The position numbers were made by a program, and so were the translations under genes. The notes under the pieces are model-generated. The model was not told the DNA's origin. It did not search any database and saw nothing but the letters and a program-made list of their open reading frames with translations. A DNA stretch of 25,363 bases. Origin: a virus. Its lineage: Duplodnaviria > Caudoviricetes. Location: positions 1-25,363 of the IMG/VR virus record IMGVR_UViG_3300032053_004498; one strand, written 5' to 3'. Of the stretch, positions 24,838 through 25,363 are shown in pieces (within the stretch, counting starts at the first letter, position 1; every line of letters starts with the position of its first letter).

Positions 24838-25363
24838 CAGACAACCACGTCAGGCACCGGAGGTTTGAATCCGTCGAGCCCTGCCAGCATCTCGTCGAGC
24901 GTGTCCGTCGAGATAGCGGGGAACGCGGCAACCATGAGCGCCCGTGCCGTCGACGCTGGGAGTGCGCCCGACGACACCAGTTGGATGATCGAAAGCAACG
25001 ACTCAACCTGCGCACCATTCAACGCCGTCCCTTGGACGTCGCCAGTAGCAGCCGCAGCCGTGATGCCTGCATCAACGACGGCAGCAGGCGTAGTCTCAGT
25101 GACAGGGACGTCGACAACGTCAACTTCTTCTTCAACATCAACAGTCGTCTCGCGGACCATCGACGCATCAGACGACAGCAACGAGCGCAGTGGTGAAGGT
25201 GCATCAACGACGGAGACGTCAGACAGGTACTCTTCAGCCTCGGCCCGGTTGCTCGACAATCCCAGCATCACACGCGCATCAGCGTCGTCGATAAGGCCCG
25301 CCAACTTGAGGTCAAGCACACGTTGTGCTTTGGCGTTGTCGTCTTCGTAGGTCTTGCTCATGC
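24837..25363 (-). CDS. Probable portal protein, C-terminal part (5' partial)
   Basis: LAGLIDDADARVMLG...EAEEYL portal-like tail plus acidic extension with LNGAQV motif; position upstream of the MuF-like gene. Confidence 0.65.
   Translation of the reverse strand, partial: MSKTYEDDNAKAQRVLDLKLAGLIDDADARVMLGLSSNRAEAEEYLSDVSVVDAPSPLRSLLSSDASMVRETTVDVEEEVDVVDVPVTETTPAAVVDAGITAAAATGDVQGTALNGAQVESLLSIIQLVSSGALPASTARALMVAAFPAISTDTLDEMLAGLDGFKPPVPDVVV

Noticed and set aside
1-25363. tRNA, integrase/att site, reverse transcriptase/DGR, or stop-codon recoding
   Set aside because: None recognised by eye; genes tile tightly under the standard code. Lifestyle and host cannot be determined from this window.

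Overview
About 25 kb of a GC-rich (roughly 60%) tailed dsDNA phage or prophage, probably siphovirus-like. The + strand (1-4946) carries an early/middle block: XRE HTH, stand-alone DEDDy 3'-5' exonuclease, VRR-NUC nuclease, beta-class DNA methyltransferase, a promoter-driven run of small ORFs, Cys-rich proteins and an HTH+RHH regulator. The - strand (25363-4907) carries the late block, in order: portal C-terminus, MuF-like head protein, virion morphogenesis protein, adaptor, tail completion, tail tube, tail chaperones with a G-GGA-AAA -1 frameshift, short tape measure and tail tip genes. Scaffold and major capsid come only after these, followed by a decoration-like protein, three coupled signal-peptide proteins, a fibre module and a lysis module with a C39-like peptidase. 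Most notable: (1) three Cys-containing proteins with export signals inside the structural operon; (2) a shared 20-bp palindromic operator at two apparently leaderless late promoters; (3) scaffold/capsid genes displaced downstream of the tail module; (4) strong over-representation of GTCGAC. All product calls come from motifs and synteny read by eye; no database search was run.
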